Positions 10,569 to 20,984 are shown, counted from the first letter of the stretch. The stretch is DNA of 64,000 nt from Isosphaeraceae bacterium (GCA_031291845.1 JARLIH010000138.1:1-64000); one strand, 5' to 3'. Notes: generated by a model from the sequence alone, not told the origin. A program made the numbers and translations.

Positions 10569-12119
10569 TCAATCCGCCTTCAAATAAGTGAGGAGCTCGG
10601 CGTCCAGCGTCTTGTACGGGACGCCGAGGTGACTTTCGAGAGTGCGCCCCGCGAGCCGGCGCACCTTCCCTTTGTAGGCATCGCTGACGTACTCGAGAAA
10701 GCCTTCTCGATACTGCCGGCCCTTCGCCTGCATGAAGAACAGGGCGAGAGCGTGGGCCTCCTGGTAGTGGAGGAAAACGCTCTTCTCGGCGTTGAACCGA
10801 TCCTGGCTGTACGAGACGAACTCGTCGAGCGGGATGTATTCTTGCGCTTCGAGCAGGTGCGCACGAGCGGCCTCGATGCGGCGGCCGACGAGTCCGCCGA
10901 CTTCGAGCGCTCCCTTGGGCGTGCGGACGAGGGTCTCGAAGTAGGTCCCCAGGCCCTCAAAGACCCAGTAATTGCCGTCGTTTCGGAGGTAGGCCTCGGG
11001 GTCGCCGAGGCCCGATTCGAACAAGAGTTGGTGCGACACTTCGTGATAGAGGGTCGCCGTGACCGGCAATTGCCCCCCCCCATCGCGGAAGAAATAGGCT
11101 GGACGCCGTTTATCTTTGCCCGTGATCGGGATGTAGATGCCCAGGCTGCGCGCGATGCTGGGGCCTTGGAGGGGTTGCAGATACTCGACGAACTCCGGCT
11201 GCCAGGCGAAGTAGTAGACTTCGTGAGGCTTCGCTTCCGTCTCGCCGACCTTGGCCTTGTTTTGGAGACGCTGGGCGAGGGGGAGGCGCTCGCCGAAAAG
11301 ATCGGCGAGAAGCGAATAAAAGAGCTGGTGAAAATCTTCGAGCTGCCGGCTGAACGTGATCGCTTCCGACAGCGGAACGTTCGACCGGATGACGAAATGC
11401 TCGGTGGGAATCTTCCATGCTTTGTCCCATGAACCGTGAAGTTGATCGGCCTCGGCGGCGGGCAGCCAGCGCGGCTCTCGCTGCTTAGGTTCGAGCGGAG
11501 CAGGCAGTTCGCCGCGTTCGAGGTGTGTGACCCACGACTTGGGGACCCAGCCATACGTGGGGTGGAGGACGTTGCCGGCTTCGACCTTTCGCACGGCGTA
11601 AGGTGTGGCCCAGCCTCCTTTGTGGGGAACGTAGCCAAGGAGGCGCCGGGTTTCGGGATGGTTGGGGAGCCGCTCGAGCACCGCGCGCAGGCACTCGTCG
11701 GCCAGGCTGTAGTCCTTGGGCGGCTTCGCGACAGCTTTGAAGGCCAGATCGAAGAGTTTCCGCGCAGCCTCTTCGCGCACGGAGCGCACCGTCGGCAATG
11801 CGATCGCCATCGGACCGGGCGCGGTGGGGACATTGGCCAGGCCTCGGCCTTCGATCGCCGCGGAATCGATCTCAGGCAACGGCAGGAACCGCGTCGGCCC
11901 GTCCGTGGCGTTTGCGGGCGCGGCGAGTGCGGCGACTTCTGCCGAGGCCTCGGTTTCCCCGCGGCTGCGAAGCTGCTCCGCGAGCTGCAAGAGTTGTGTG
12001 CGTTCGCGCTGCTCGATCGCGCTGCGTGCTCGAACCAGCTCAGCCGTGATCACCTCGCCGGCGCCCGGTGCAGGGACCTGGAGCACGAGCGAGACAGCGA
12101 TCGGCCACAAGTTGGTCAT
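10569..12119 (-). CDS. Secreted hypothetical protein with an HExxH zinc-metallopeptidase-like motif
   Basis: N-terminal signal-like segment MTNLWPIAVSLVLQVPAPGAG. It has an HEVSHQLLFE motif. Possibly a DUF1570-type protein. Confidence 0.6.
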   Translation of the reverse strand: MTNLWPIAVSLVLQVPAPGAGEVITAELVRARSAIEQRERTQLLQLAEQLRSRGETEASAEVAALAAPANATDGPTRFLPLPEIDSAAIEGRGLANVPTAPGPMAIALPTVRSVREEAARKLFDLAFKAVAKPPKDYSLADECLRAVLERLPNHPETRRLLGYVPHKGGWATPYAVRKVEAGNVLHPTYGWVPKSWVTHLERGELPAPLEPKQREPRWLPAAEADQLHGSWDKAWKIPTEHFVIRSNVPLSEAITFSRQLEDFHQLFYSLLADLFGERLPLAQRLQNKAKVGETEAKPHEVYYFAWQPEFVEYLQPLQGPSIARSLGIYIPITGKDKRRPAYFFRDGGGQLPVTATLYHEVSHQLLFESGLGDPEAYLRNDGNYWVFEGLGTYFETLVRTPKGALEVGGLVGRRIEAARAHLLEAQEYIPLDEFVSYSQDRFNAEKSVFLHYQEAHALALFFMQAKGRQYREGFLEYVSDAYKGKVRRLAGRTLESHLGVPYKTLDAELLTYLKAD

Positions 12120-12297
12120 AGACGTTCCTCCTCACCACGATTACAGACGAGCGAGCGAGTGCACGCATTCGGGTCGAAGCGTCAGCAGGCCGGTCGCGGA
12201 CTCCGCTTCTCGGATCGCGGGACATCTGCTAGGTTGACGGCGTTCCAGGATGATACAAGGGGGTTCCCCCCCGGGGCACGGACGCGAGACGCCAGCG

Positions 12298-13512
12298 ATG
12301 CGCATCTTCATCTCGACGGGCGAGCCGAGCGGCGACCTGCACGCGGCCAACCTCATCCATTCCCTGCGCCGGCGCGTGCCGGACGCGGAGTTCGTGGGCT
12401 TCGGCGGGCCACTGATGGAGGAGACTGGGGCGCAAGTGCTCTTCCCTCTCGTCGACCTCGCCGTGATGTGGTTCGTGCGCGTCCTGCTGAACCTCCACAA
12501 GTTCATCGGGCTCGTCTCGCTGGCCGACCGGTACTTTCGCGACAACCGGCCCGACGCCGTCGTCCTGATCGATTACCCGGGCTTCAACTGGCACATCGCC
12601 CGCCGCGCGAAGGAACGTGGGATCCCGGTCTTCTACTACGTTCCTCCTCAGATTTGGGCCTGGGGTTCGTGGCGCGTCAACAAGGTGCGGAAGTTTGTCG
12701 ACCACGTTCTGTGCAGCCTTCCTTTCGAGCCCGTCTGGTACCACGAGCGCAACGTTCCCCAGGCCGTTTACGTCGGCCACCCGTATTTCGACGAGCTCGC
12801 CGAACGCGTGCTGGATGAGTCGTTCCTGGAGTCGGAGCGTAGCAAGGGTGGGCCGGTGGTCGCAATCCTGCCTGGCTCCCGTACCCAGGAGATCCTCAAG
12901 AACCTTCCCCTGATGCTCCGCGCGGCGAAGAAAGTCGCATCGAGCCGCCCCGACGCGCGCTTCGTCATGGCCTGTTTGCGAGAACGCCATCGCGAGCTTG
13001 CGCTGGAGGTGATGGAGAGAGAAGGAATCGACGTCGACGTTGCGCTCCACGTGGGACGGACCGCGGAGCTCATCCGCCTTGCGGACGTTGCGTGGGCGGT
13101 GTCGGGCTCGGTGGGACTCGAGCTCATGGTCGAAGCACTCCCGTCCGTCATCTTGTACAAGGTCAAACGGATCGACCTCGTGATCGCCCGTCGTTTCATC
13201 AAATCCAAATACATCAGCCTCGTGAATTTGCTGGCCGACCGCGAGGTGATGCCCGAGTACCTCACCGGCGTCGACGTCTCGGACGAACTGGCCGGCTGGG
13301 CCCTGCGCTGGCTGAACGACCCGACGGAGCGGGCCAAGGCCTCAGCGACGCTCACCGCGTTGCGCGATCGCGTGACCGTTCCGGGCGCTTCCGACCGCGC
13401 GGCAGCGCACATCTTGGAGTCGCTGGCTGCAAAGGCGGCGAGCGCGGCGGTGCGCGGGCCTCACGGCCGGATCGCGCGACTTGAGCGGGACGGCTCTGAG
13501 CTGGAACGATAG
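12298..13512 (+). CDS. lpxB: Lipid-A-disaccharide synthase
   Basis: MRIFISTGEPSGDLHAANLIHSLRR...AVMWFVRVL...YYVPPQIWAWGSWRVNKV aligns with the E. coli LpxB N-terminal region ([30 protein letters not shown]...YVSPSVWAWR). Confidence 0.85.
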   Translation: MRIFISTGEPSGDLHAANLIHSLRRRVPDAEFVGFGGPLMEETGAQVLFPLVDLAVMWFVRVLLNLHKFIGLVSLADRYFRDNRPDAVVLIDYPGFNWHIARRAKERGIPVFYYVPPQIWAWGSWRVNKVRKFVDHVLCSLPFEPVWYHERNVPQAVYVGHPYFDELAERVLDESFLESERSKGGPVVAILPGSRTQEILKNLPLMLRAAKKVASSRPDARFVMACLRERHRELALEVMEREGIDVDVALHVGRTAELIRLADVAWAVSGSVGLELMVEALPSVILYKVKRIDLVIARRFIKSKYISLVNLLADREVMPEYLTGVDVSDELAGWALRWLNDPTERAKASATLTALRDRVTVPGASDRAAAHILESLAAKAASAAVRGPHGRIARLERDGSELER

Positions 13513-13531
13513 CCCGGCGGAAAGTTGCGCC

Positions 13532-13561
13532 GTGACAGGCGCGAGTGTTGCGTGTCATAAT
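13532..13561 (+). promoter_or_regulatory. Candidate promoter GTGACA-17/18 nt-CATAAT upstream of the thioredoxin-domain gene
   Basis: Hexamers and spacing seen in the sequence, about 55 nt upstream of the ATG at 13615. Confidence 0.35.
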
Positions 13562-13614
13562 CCCGGCCGGAGCCCAAGGAAGCCGACTGATACCCACCGC
13601 GCGCGAGTACCCCT

Positions 13615-15711
13615 ATGACCGCGACCCCGAGCGACTCCAACCGGCCGGTGAACCGGTTGGCCGAAGAGACCAGCCCCTACCTGTTGCAGCACGCGCACAA
13701 CCCGGTGGATTGGTACCCTTGGGGCGAGGAGGCACTGCTTCGCGCTCGTAGCGAGGGAAAGCCGATCTTTCTGTCGATCGGCTATTCGGCGTGCCACTGG
13801 TGCCACGTGATGGAGCGAGAGAGTTTCGAGAACCCGGCAATCGCGCGCACGATGAACGACCACTTCATCAACATCAAAGTGGATCGGGAGGAGCGACCGG
13901 ACCTCGACCAGATTTACATGTCCGCGGTTCAGGCGATGACCGAACATGGCGGTTGGCCGATGTCGGTCTTCCTGACGCCCGACCTGAAGCCGTTCTTCGG
14001 CGGGACGTATTACCCGCCCGACGACTCGCGGGGGATGCCGGGGTTCCCCCGCGTCCTGTTGAGCGTGCACCGCGCCTGGCAAGAGCGACGAGACGAGATC
14101 GAGGCACACGCGGGTCAAATGGTCGAGCACCTGAATGCCTTGACCCATTTGCCCGAGGGGCAGGGGGGACTGTCGGAGCGGCTGATCGAGCAAGCCGCAC
14201 GGCAACTCGAGCGGTCGTTCGACCCGGCCCACGGTGGCTTCGGCTCGGCCCCCAAGTTCCCCCACGCGATGGACCTTCGGCTGTTACTGCGCCACTTCGC
14301 CCGCAAAGGGGACGCCCACGCGTTGCACGTGGTCCGACACACGCTCGACAAAATGGCGCGCGGGGGCCTCTACGATCACCTCGGCGGGGGCTTCGCCCGG
14401 TACTCGACCGACGATCGCTGGCTCGTCCCCCACTTCGAGAAAATGCTCTACGACAACGCGCTGCTCACGTCGGCCTATCTCGAGGCCTACCAGGTGACGG
14501 GCGACGTTGAGCTGGCGCGGGTTGCACGCGAGACGATGGACTACGTCCTGACACGGATGACCAGCTCCGACGGAGCGTTCTATTCGACCGAAGACGCGGA
14601 CAGCGAAGGCGAGGAAGGGAAGTACTACGTCTGGACGATCGCCGAAGTCAACGGCATCCTCGGCGCCGAGCGCGGACGGGTGTTCTGCTACGCTTACGAC
14701 GTGACGGAAAGCGGAAACTGGGAAGGGAAGAATATTCTCAACCTCCCCAAAACCGTTGCCCAGGCGGCGAAGATGCTTGGCCGGGAAGAGAACGAGCTGC
14801 GGAGCGAACTCGACGAGGACCGATCGCGGCTGCTCGCCACACGCGAGAACCGAACCCCGCCGGGGAAAGACACGAAGGTCCTTACGTCGTGGAACGGACT
14901 GATGATCGTCGCGCTGGCCGAAGGCGGTCGCGTGCTGAAGGACGAACGCTACATCGACGCCGCGACTCGGGCCGCCGGTTTCTTGCTCGACCGGATGCGG
15001 GACGACCGGGGAAGGCTCAGGCACAGTTTCAAGGATGGACAGGCGCGGTTCAACGGCTATCTGGACGACTACGCGAATCTCGTCGATGGACTGACCCGCC
15101 TGTTCGAGGTGACGGGGGCCGGCCAGTGGCTCGAAGCGGCACTCGCACTCTCGGACGTGATGATCGAGGAGTTCGCCGACTCGGAGCGCGGCGGGTTCTT
15201 TTACACCGGCGAGAGCCACGAAGCGCTCATCACGCGGCCCCGCGATACGTACGACAATGCAACCCCCTCCGGCAACGCCATGGCTGCGACCGCACTTTTG
15301 CGTCTCGCCGCACTCACCGGCCGGAGCGCACTGCTTGATTCGGGGCGCAAGACGCTGGAATCGATGCAGGTCATTCTCGAAAAAGCCCCAACAGCGGCGG
15401 GGCAGAGCCTCATTGCCCTCGATTTCCTGCTCGGACCGACGCAGGAATTTGCCGTTTTCGGCGGCTGGGACCGCACGGAGCTTCGCGCGGTGCTCGAGGC
15501 GATCAACGGCCGGTTCCTCCCTCATAAAGTCGTCGCGCCCGTTCCGCCCGAGGCTAAGCTCGACCTGGTGGCTTCACTACCGTTGCTGGCGGGGCGATCG
15601 GCGCGCGACGGATGCACGACGACGTATGTGTGTGAAAACTTCGCCTGCCGCGAGCCCGTGTTCGGTGTCGACGGAGTCGAATCGTTTTTTGGCTCCCGGC
15701 CGAAGGACTAG
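13615..15711 (+). CDS. Thioredoxin-domain protein of the DUF255/YyaL family (a thioredoxin fold fused to a six-hairpin glycosidase-like domain)
   Basis: N-terminal [22 protein letters not shown]...[13 protein letters not shown] is the conserved DUF255 thioredoxin-like motif. About 700 aa. Confidence 0.8.
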   Translation: MTATPSDSNRPVNRLAEETSPYLLQHAHNPVDWYPWGEEALLRARSEGKPIFLSIGYSACHWCHVMERESFENPAIARTMNDHFINIKVDREERPDLDQIYMSAVQAMTEHGGWPMSVFLTPDLKPFFGGTYYPPDDSRGMPGFPRVLLSVHRAWQERRDEIEAHAGQMVEHLNALTHLPEGQGGLSERLIEQAARQLERSFDPAHGGFGSAPKFPHAMDLRLLLRHFARKGDAHALHVVRHTLDKMARGGLYDHLGGGFARYSTDDRWLVPHFEKMLYDNALLTSAYLEAYQVTGDVELARVARETMDYVLTRMTSSDGAFYSTEDADSEGEEGKYYVWTIAEVNGILGAERGRVFCYAYDVTESGNWEGKNILNLPKTVAQAAKMLGREENELRSELDEDRSRLLATRENRTPPGKDTKVLTSWNGLMIVALAEGGRVLKDERYIDAATRAAGFLLDRMRDDRGRLRHSFKDGQARFNGYLDDYANLVDGLTRLFEVTGAGQWLEAALALSDVMIEEFADSERGGFFYTGESHEALITRPRDTYDNATPSGNAMAATALLRLAALTGRSALLDSGRKTLESMQVILEKAPTAAGQSLIALDFLLGPTQEFAVFGGWDRTELRAVLEAINGRFLPHKVVAPVPPEAKLDLVASLPLLAGRSARDGCTTTYVCENFACREPVFGVDGVESFFGSRPKD

Positions 15712-15872
15712 CGCATCGGCCGGCATCCAGCCTCACACGAGACTTGCGGCGCCGGCCGGGGAACGACTAAATTGGAACTTGAGTATCCTCCGACGCGCCG
15801 AACACGCCGCTGCCGGAACCTTCTGCCGACTTGTCCGCGCCCGAGAGTCACATCCCCAGGAGGGGACCCGCA

Positions 15873-17306
15873 ATGCCTGACCGGAGATTCTTCGCCTTCG
15901 CGCTCATCGGCGCGACGTCGCTCGTGACTTGGCAGGCCACCCAGGGAGCCAAGCCGAAGGACGAGATGTTGGAACTGTACGGCGTGTTCGCCGAGGCCGT
16001 GGAGCAGGTCGAGGCGAATTACGTCCGGCCCGTGAGCCGCAAGGAGTTGCTCGAGACGGCCCTTCAGGGGATGTTGCAGAACCTCGACCCCCACTCGCAG
16101 TTCATCAACACGAGCGAGTGGAAAGCGTTCAAGCGCAAGATTGAGGGCCGGTTCGGCGGCATCGGGATCACGGTCGAGATGGACCCCACCGGCCGCCCGC
16201 GCGTCGTGGCGCCGATGGTCGGGACCCCGGCCTACGAGGCGGGCATCCTTGCCGGCGACCTGATCGTCGAGATCGACGGCGAATCGACGGAAGGAATTAC
16301 GCCGGACAAAGCGGTCGATGCGCTCTCCGGCCGTCCCGGGACGGCGGTCAAGCTCTCCGTGCTGCACGAGGGCGAAGAAAAGCCGGAGAACATCACGATC
16401 AATCGCGCGATCATCGACGTGCCCAGCGTCCTTGGCGATGTCCGGAAGGGGAACGACGACTGGGACTTCATGATCGATAAAGACAAGAAAATTGCTTATA
16501 TCCGCATCTCCAGTTTTATTCAAAACACCACCGAGGAACTCAAGAAGGCGCTTGCTGAGCTGAAATCGGAGGGGGTCAAGGGATTGGTTCTCGACCTGCG
16601 CGACAACCCCGGCGGCTTGCTCAGCTCGGCGGTCGAGGTTTCCGACCTGTTCGTCGACGACGGGACGATTGTCAGTACGAAAGGCCGGAATACGCCGAAG
16701 AAGACGTTTGAGGCTCATAAGGAAGGAAATCCGAACGACTACCCGATCGTGGTGCTCATCAACCAAGGGTCGGCGTCCGCCGCGGAGATCGTGTCGGCCT
16801 GCTTGCAAGACCACAAGCGCGCGGTGATAGTGGGTCACCGCTCGTTCGGCAAGGGCTCGGTGCAGAACATCTTCGACCTCGACGACGGGAACAGCGTGCT
16901 CAAGCTTACCGTGGCCAGCTATTTCCGGCCTTCGGGCAAGAACATCCACCGCTTCAAGAACGCGAAGAAGTCGGACGAGTGGGGTGTGTCCCCCGACGAA
17001 GGTATGGCGGTTGAGCTGACGCCGGAACAGTACATGGCTTGGGCCCGCTCGCGGCGCGATCGAGACCTCGAGTCGAACGCCAAAGGCCGACGCAACAAAC
17101 ACGAGGACGCCGCGAAGGACAAGCCGAAAGAAGACAAACCGAAGGAAGGCAAACCCGGCCCCGACGCCAAGACAGGCGCGGCGGCCAAACCGGGTGACAC
17201 GCCTGCCAAAGAGGAGGCCCGGAAAAAGCCGTTCGTCGATAAACAGCTCGATAAGGCGCTTCAAGTGATCCGCGAAAAGCTCGAGCTGGCCACGGCGAAG
17301 AAGTGA
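15873..17306 (+). CDS. ctpA: Carboxyl-terminal processing protease (S41 family; PDZ plus peptidase) with a Lys/Pro-rich tail
   Basis: N-terminal signal (MPDRRFFAFALIGATSLV) and a PDZ domain. The S41 catalytic region is LVLDLRDNPGG...SASAAEI. An AGGAGG site lies 13 nt upstream of the ATG at 15873. Confidence 0.85.
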   Translation: MPDRRFFAFALIGATSLVTWQATQGAKPKDEMLELYGVFAEAVEQVEANYVRPVSRKELLETALQGMLQNLDPHSQFINTSEWKAFKRKIEGRFGGIGITVEMDPTGRPRVVAPMVGTPAYEAGILAGDLIVEIDGESTEGITPDKAVDALSGRPGTAVKLSVLHEGEEKPENITINRAIIDVPSVLGDVRKGNDDWDFMIDKDKKIAYIRISSFIQNTTEELKKALAELKSEGVKGLVLDLRDNPGGLLSSAVEVSDLFVDDGTIVSTKGRNTPKKTFEAHKEGNPNDYPIVVLINQGSASAAEIVSACLQDHKRAVIVGHRSFGKGSVQNIFDLDDGNSVLKLTVASYFRPSGKNIHRFKNAKKSDEWGVSPDEGMAVELTPEQYMAWARSRRDRDLESNAKGRRNKHEDAAKDKPKEDKPKEGKPGPDAKTGAAAKPGDTPAKEEARKKPFVDKQLDKALQVIREKLELATAKK

Positions 17307-17388
17307 GCTCCCTGCCGAGGACCGCCTGAGACCTTGCGGCAGTCCCAGCCCGCAAGCGTTAAGTTGGGCCAACTCCGAAAGTGTCTCG

Positions 17389-18453
17389 ATGCCCACCGAC
17401 CGTTTTGTGTTCTTGGGCATCGAGACTACGTGCGACGAGACCGGCGCTGCGGTGCTCGAAGGCCCGCGCCCTCCTCGCACGGGCGTTCCACAGGTGCGGT
17501 CGAGCGTCGTCGCGTCTCAAATCACGCTCCACGACAGGTTTGGGGGCGTTGTTCCCGAGGTTGCTTCGCGCGCCCACGTGCGGCAGATTTTGCCGGTCAT
17601 TGATGAAGCTTTGCGCAGGGCGTCCACAAGGCTGAGTGAAATCGAAGCGGTCGCCGTCGCGACCCGGCCCGGACTGGTCGGCTCGCTGGTCGTCGGCCTC
17701 ACCGCGGCGAAGGCGCTGTCGCTCGCGCTTGGGATGCCGCTTGTTTCCGTCGATCATCTGGAGGGCCATCTCTACGCCTGCCAGCTCGCACACCCGGAGC
17801 GGGAGGTTTATCCGTCGATCGGGCTCGTGGTCTCCGGCGGCCATACCAGTCTTTATCACTGCCGGGGCCCGGTGGATGCCGAACTCCTGGGCGGTACGAT
17901 TGACGACGCGGCGGGCGAAGCGTTCGACAAGGTGGCGAGCCTGCTCGGACTTGCCTATCCCGGCGGCCCGGAGATCGAACGCGTCGCGCGCGAGGGCAAC
18001 CCCCGCGCATACGCCTTTCCCCGCTCGTGTCTGCACGAGGAACGGATCGCTTTCAGTTTCTCGGGGCTCAAGACCGCTGTCCTCTACGCCTTGCGCGGGC
18101 AGGATGCCCGAGCGACGGGGGTCGCTCCGACAGCCCAGACCGTGGCCGACGTCGCGGCGAGCTTTCAGGAGGCCGTGATCGACGTCCTGGTCGCCAAGTC
18201 CCGACAGGCGCTCCGTCGCGCCGGACTCCGTCGGCTCGGGATCGGCGGCGGCGTCGCAGCGAATGGACGGTTTCGCGAGCGACTCACGGCCATGGCGCTC
18301 GAGGAAGGGATCGAGCTGTTCATTCCCCCCTTGTCACTGTGTACCGATAACGCCGCACTCTGCGCTGTGGCATTGCCGAAGCTGGCTCGAGGCGATGTCG
18401 CCGCGCTGGATATTGACGTGAGCCCCGGTCTCGTCAGACCGACGAGAGCTTGA
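17389..18453 (+). CDS. tsaD: tRNA N6-adenosine threonylcarbamoyltransferase (Kae1/Gcp family)
   Basis: VFLGIETTCDETGAAVL...VASRAHV...LVVSGGHTSLY...GLAYPGGPEIE are diagnostic TsaD motifs. Confidence 0.9.
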   Translation: MPTDRFVFLGIETTCDETGAAVLEGPRPPRTGVPQVRSSVVASQITLHDRFGGVVPEVASRAHVRQILPVIDEALRRASTRLSEIEAVAVATRPGLVGSLVVGLTAAKALSLALGMPLVSVDHLEGHLYACQLAHPEREVYPSIGLVVSGGHTSLYHCRGPVDAELLGGTIDDAAGEAFDKVASLLGLAYPGGPEIERVAREGNPRAYAFPRSCLHEERIAFSFSGLKTAVLYALRGQDARATGVAPTAQTVADVAASFQEAVIDVLVAKSRQALRRAGLRRLGIGGGVAANGRFRERLTAMALEEGIELFIPPLSLCTDNAALCAVALPKLARGDVAALDIDVSPGLVRPTRA

Positions 18454-18797
18454 ACGCGAAGAGACCGGGAATCATTCACGGAACGCCTCGGCTCAGGGCG
18501 GTGGCCGACGATGGAACACGTGGGGAGGTGGATACGACTTCTGAAACTCCCTCTGCTGTTGATCGAGCTCCGTACGACGCGCCAGGGCCCGCGTCTGGGC
18601 CTCCGGAATCCCGCGGACCCCGTCAAGGCGTGCACCCGCAGGCGGAACTCGCGGTGGGCTTTTCTTCATGGTTTGACCTCAAGTGTTTGCTCCCGTCCCT
18701 GGGATGGTTTGACAAGCGGAACGGGCTCAAGGCCGACCCATCGGGGCGTCGGACAGAAAACCGCGGCTCCCTAGTGGATCTATCGAGTCACGAAACC

Positions 18798-19505
18798 ATG
18801 GCATTTACAAAATCGGAGTGGGAGACGATCGATGCGATCGTTTTCGACGCCGTGGGCACATTGATCGAGCCGTTCCCGTCCGTGGCGGAGACCTACGCTC
18901 AAACCGCGTTGCGCCAGGGTGTTGTACTCGCGAGCGGGGACGTGAAGACCCGTTTTCACGCGCATTTCCGCAACGATGAGTGGGACGAGATCCGGGGCCC
19001 GATGGCGACGGACGAGGCGATCGAAGTTCGTCGCTGGCGGAGGATTGTGGCAAACGTGCTCCCGGAGGTGCCGGACCTCGACCGGGCATTCGACGAGCTG
19101 TGGCTCCATTTCGGGCAGCCGCAGGGGTGGCGTTGCTTCCCGGAAGTCGCCACCGTCCTTCAAAGCCTGACCGACGTTGGCAGGACCGTGTGTATTGCAT
19201 CCAATTTTGACGCCAGGTTACGAGGGGTCGCGGCCGGGTTGCCACCTTTGGCCAAGCTCACTGGTGATCTCGTCATCTCGTCGGAAGTTGGTTTTCGCAA
19301 GCCGCACCCCGCCTTCTATCGGGCAGCGTGCGAACATCTCGGTTTGGCGGGGGCGCGCGTTTTGTGGGTTGGAGACGACGTTGAGAACGACGTGGCGGGC
19401 CCGATCCGCGCGGGCCTGCGAGGGCTCTGGCTGGATCGCCACGGCCGCGGCGACTCACGTCTTCCCCAGATTCGCGACTTGACCGAGTTATTGACCGCGG
19501 TGTGA
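18798..19505 (+). CDS. HAD-superfamily hydrolase (phosphatase, haloacid dehalogenase-like)
   Basis: DAIVFDAVGTL (motif I DxD-like), an IASNFD motif and the pair VGDDVENDV. The ORF was trimmed from 18450 to the ATG at 18798. The upstream extension is low-complexity. Confidence 0.7.
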   Translation: MAFTKSEWETIDAIVFDAVGTLIEPFPSVAETYAQTALRQGVVLASGDVKTRFHAHFRNDEWDEIRGPMATDEAIEVRRWRRIVANVLPEVPDLDRAFDELWLHFGQPQGWRCFPEVATVLQSLTDVGRTVCIASNFDARLRGVAAGLPPLAKLTGDLVISSEVGFRKPHPAFYRAACEHLGLAGARVLWVGDDVENDVAGPIRAGLRGLWLDRHGRGDSRLPQIRDLTELLTAV

Positions 19506-19528
19506 AACAGTCGTCGGGCAATCCGAGT

Positions 19529-19564
19529 TAATCGGTAGGGCCGGCAGTGGCCGGCCCTACCGAT
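19529..19564. terminator. Perfect 16-bp stem, 4-nt loop hairpin AATCGGTAGGGCCGGC-AGTG-GCCGGCCCTACCGATT
   Basis: Seen in the sequence 24 nt after the HAD gene stop. A very stable stem. No U-tract. Confidence 0.55.
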
Positions 19565-19836
19565 TGCAGGAAAGTGCGACCTGCACCGGCGCGCCGTAGA
19601 TCCAGACCAAGAAGCTGAGGGTTTCCGGGCCGTCGGATTGTGGATTTCCCCCCGCTTGCGCCGATAACACGGACGGTCTTCGACTCGTCTTGTGGGGCTT
19701 TGCGAGTTGGATTAGGATTCGAACCACTCGTTTAACCGACCCCTGGGCCGACGCATTCGGACACCGAGAAGGGGGTGTTCACCCCAGTTCGTCCCGATTC
19801 CCGTCCGTTCCTTTCAGGGAAGAAAGGAAGTCGCAC

Positions 19837-20916
19837 GTGGTCGCAACGGTGGAAGAACTCGCGGCGCTGGTGCACGGCCGTCTCGTGGGTGACGGTACGA
19901 TCGCGATCCGCTCGGCGAGGCCGGTCGGCGAAGCCGGCCCGGGCGACATCACCTTTATCGAGAACGAGCGGTTCGCCCAGAAACTGCGGGCCTCGCCGGC
20001 TTCTGCCGCGATCGTCGGGCCGCACTTCAAACGCGCACCGACGGACCGCTCCCTCCCGATGATCGAAGTCGATGACCCAATGCAGGCGTTCCTCGCCGTG
20101 CGGACCCACCTGGGCAACGGCCGCAAACCGCGCTGGACGGGGATTCATCCGCAGTCTTGCGTTTCGCCCACGGCTCGGATCGGCGAGAACGTTGCGATCT
20201 ACCCGTTCGCGTACGTCGGCGACGATGCGGAAGTCGGTGATGGGTCGACGCTTCACCCTGGCGCGGTCGTGGGAGAGCGTTGTCGCCTGGGCCGGGATGT
20301 CGTCATCCATCCGAACGCGGTGCTGTACCCCGACGTGACCCTCGGTGACCGTGTTGAGGTCCACGCGGGCACCGTTCTAGGCGGTGACGGCTTCGGATAC
20401 CGGCTGGTCGATGGACACCACGTGAAGGTGCCGCAGACCGGGCGCGTGGAAGTCGGCAGCGATGTCGAGATCGGCGCGAACTGCACGGTGGACCGGGCCA
20501 CCTTTGAAGCCACGCGGATCGGTGACGGGACGAAGATCGATAACCTGGTCATGATCGGCCACAACAACCAGATCGGCCGGCACAATCTGCTTTGCGGCCA
20601 GGTCGGTATCGCCGGCAGCAGCAAGACCGGCGACTACGTGGTGCTCGCCGGCCAGGCAGGCATCAAGGACAACATCGAGATCGGCGACCGCGTGGTCGTC
20701 GGCGCCCAGGCGGGCGTTCACCGCAGCGTGCCGCCGAGCCAGCAGATTCTCGGCTCGCCGGCAATCCCGGTGCGCGAGCAAAGGCGCATTTTTCAGATGA
20801 TCGCCCGGCTTCCAGAAATGTACCGCCAACTTCGCGAGCTCTCCGCGCAGGTCGCGCTGTTGACGGCCGCGACGCCTTCCGGATCGGAGCAGGACGACCA
20901 TCCGGGCAGCCTCTGA
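19837..20916 (+). CDS. lpxD: UDP-3-O-acylglucosamine N-acyltransferase
   Basis: Left-handed beta-helix hexapeptide repeats (IGENVAIYPFAYVGDDAEVGDGSTLHPGAVVGERC...). The N-terminal region TVEELAALVHGRLVGDGTIAI resembles the LpxD N-terminus. Start assigned to the GTG at 19837. The ORF extension from 19690 was rejected. Confidence 0.85.
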   Translation: MVATVEELAALVHGRLVGDGTIAIRSARPVGEAGPGDITFIENERFAQKLRASPASAAIVGPHFKRAPTDRSLPMIEVDDPMQAFLAVRTHLGNGRKPRWTGIHPQSCVSPTARIGENVAIYPFAYVGDDAEVGDGSTLHPGAVVGERCRLGRDVVIHPNAVLYPDVTLGDRVEVHAGTVLGGDGFGYRLVDGHHVKVPQTGRVEVGSDVEIGANCTVDRATFEATRIGDGTKIDNLVMIGHNNQIGRHNLLCGQVGIAGSSKTGDYVVLAGQAGIKDNIEIGDRVVVGAQAGVHRSVPPSQQILGSPAIPVREQRRIFQMIARLPEMYRQLRELSAQVALLTAATPSGSEQDDHPGSL

Positions 20917-20984
20917 CGCTGCGCAATTCGGTTGAATCGCCTTCAACGAATGATGACGCTCGTCGTTCGGGAGGAACGAAGCCT

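Noticed and set aside
10580-11833. 417-aa minus-strand ORF and 267-aa plus-strand ORF (10629..11432)
   Set aside because: These are alternative or antisense frames of the HExxH protein gene. The compositions are Ser/Arg-rich or Glu/Leu-rich.
11436-12818. 460-aa plus-strand ORF spanning the lpxB start
   Set aside because: It is out of frame with or antisense to the supported genes (HExxH protein and lpxB). It is Arg/Gly/Pro-rich junk.
14284-15525. 413-aa minus-strand ORF
   Set aside because: Antisense to the DUF255 thioredoxin-domain gene.
15708-17480. 590-aa minus-strand ORF
   Set aside because: Antisense to ctpA. The real gene on the plus strand has clear S41/PDZ motifs.
18450-18797. Upstream in-frame extension of the HAD hydrolase ORF (MNAKRPGIIHG...)
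   Set aside because: Low-complexity, Pro/Gly-rich, and in lower-GC DNA. The HAD motif I begins right after the internal ATG at 18798.
19690-19836. Upstream extension of the lpxD ORF containing the tRNA-like 11-mer
   Set aside because: It has no coding character. LpxD homology starts near the GTG at 19837. The 11-mer lacks a foldable cloverleaf, so no tRNA gene is called.
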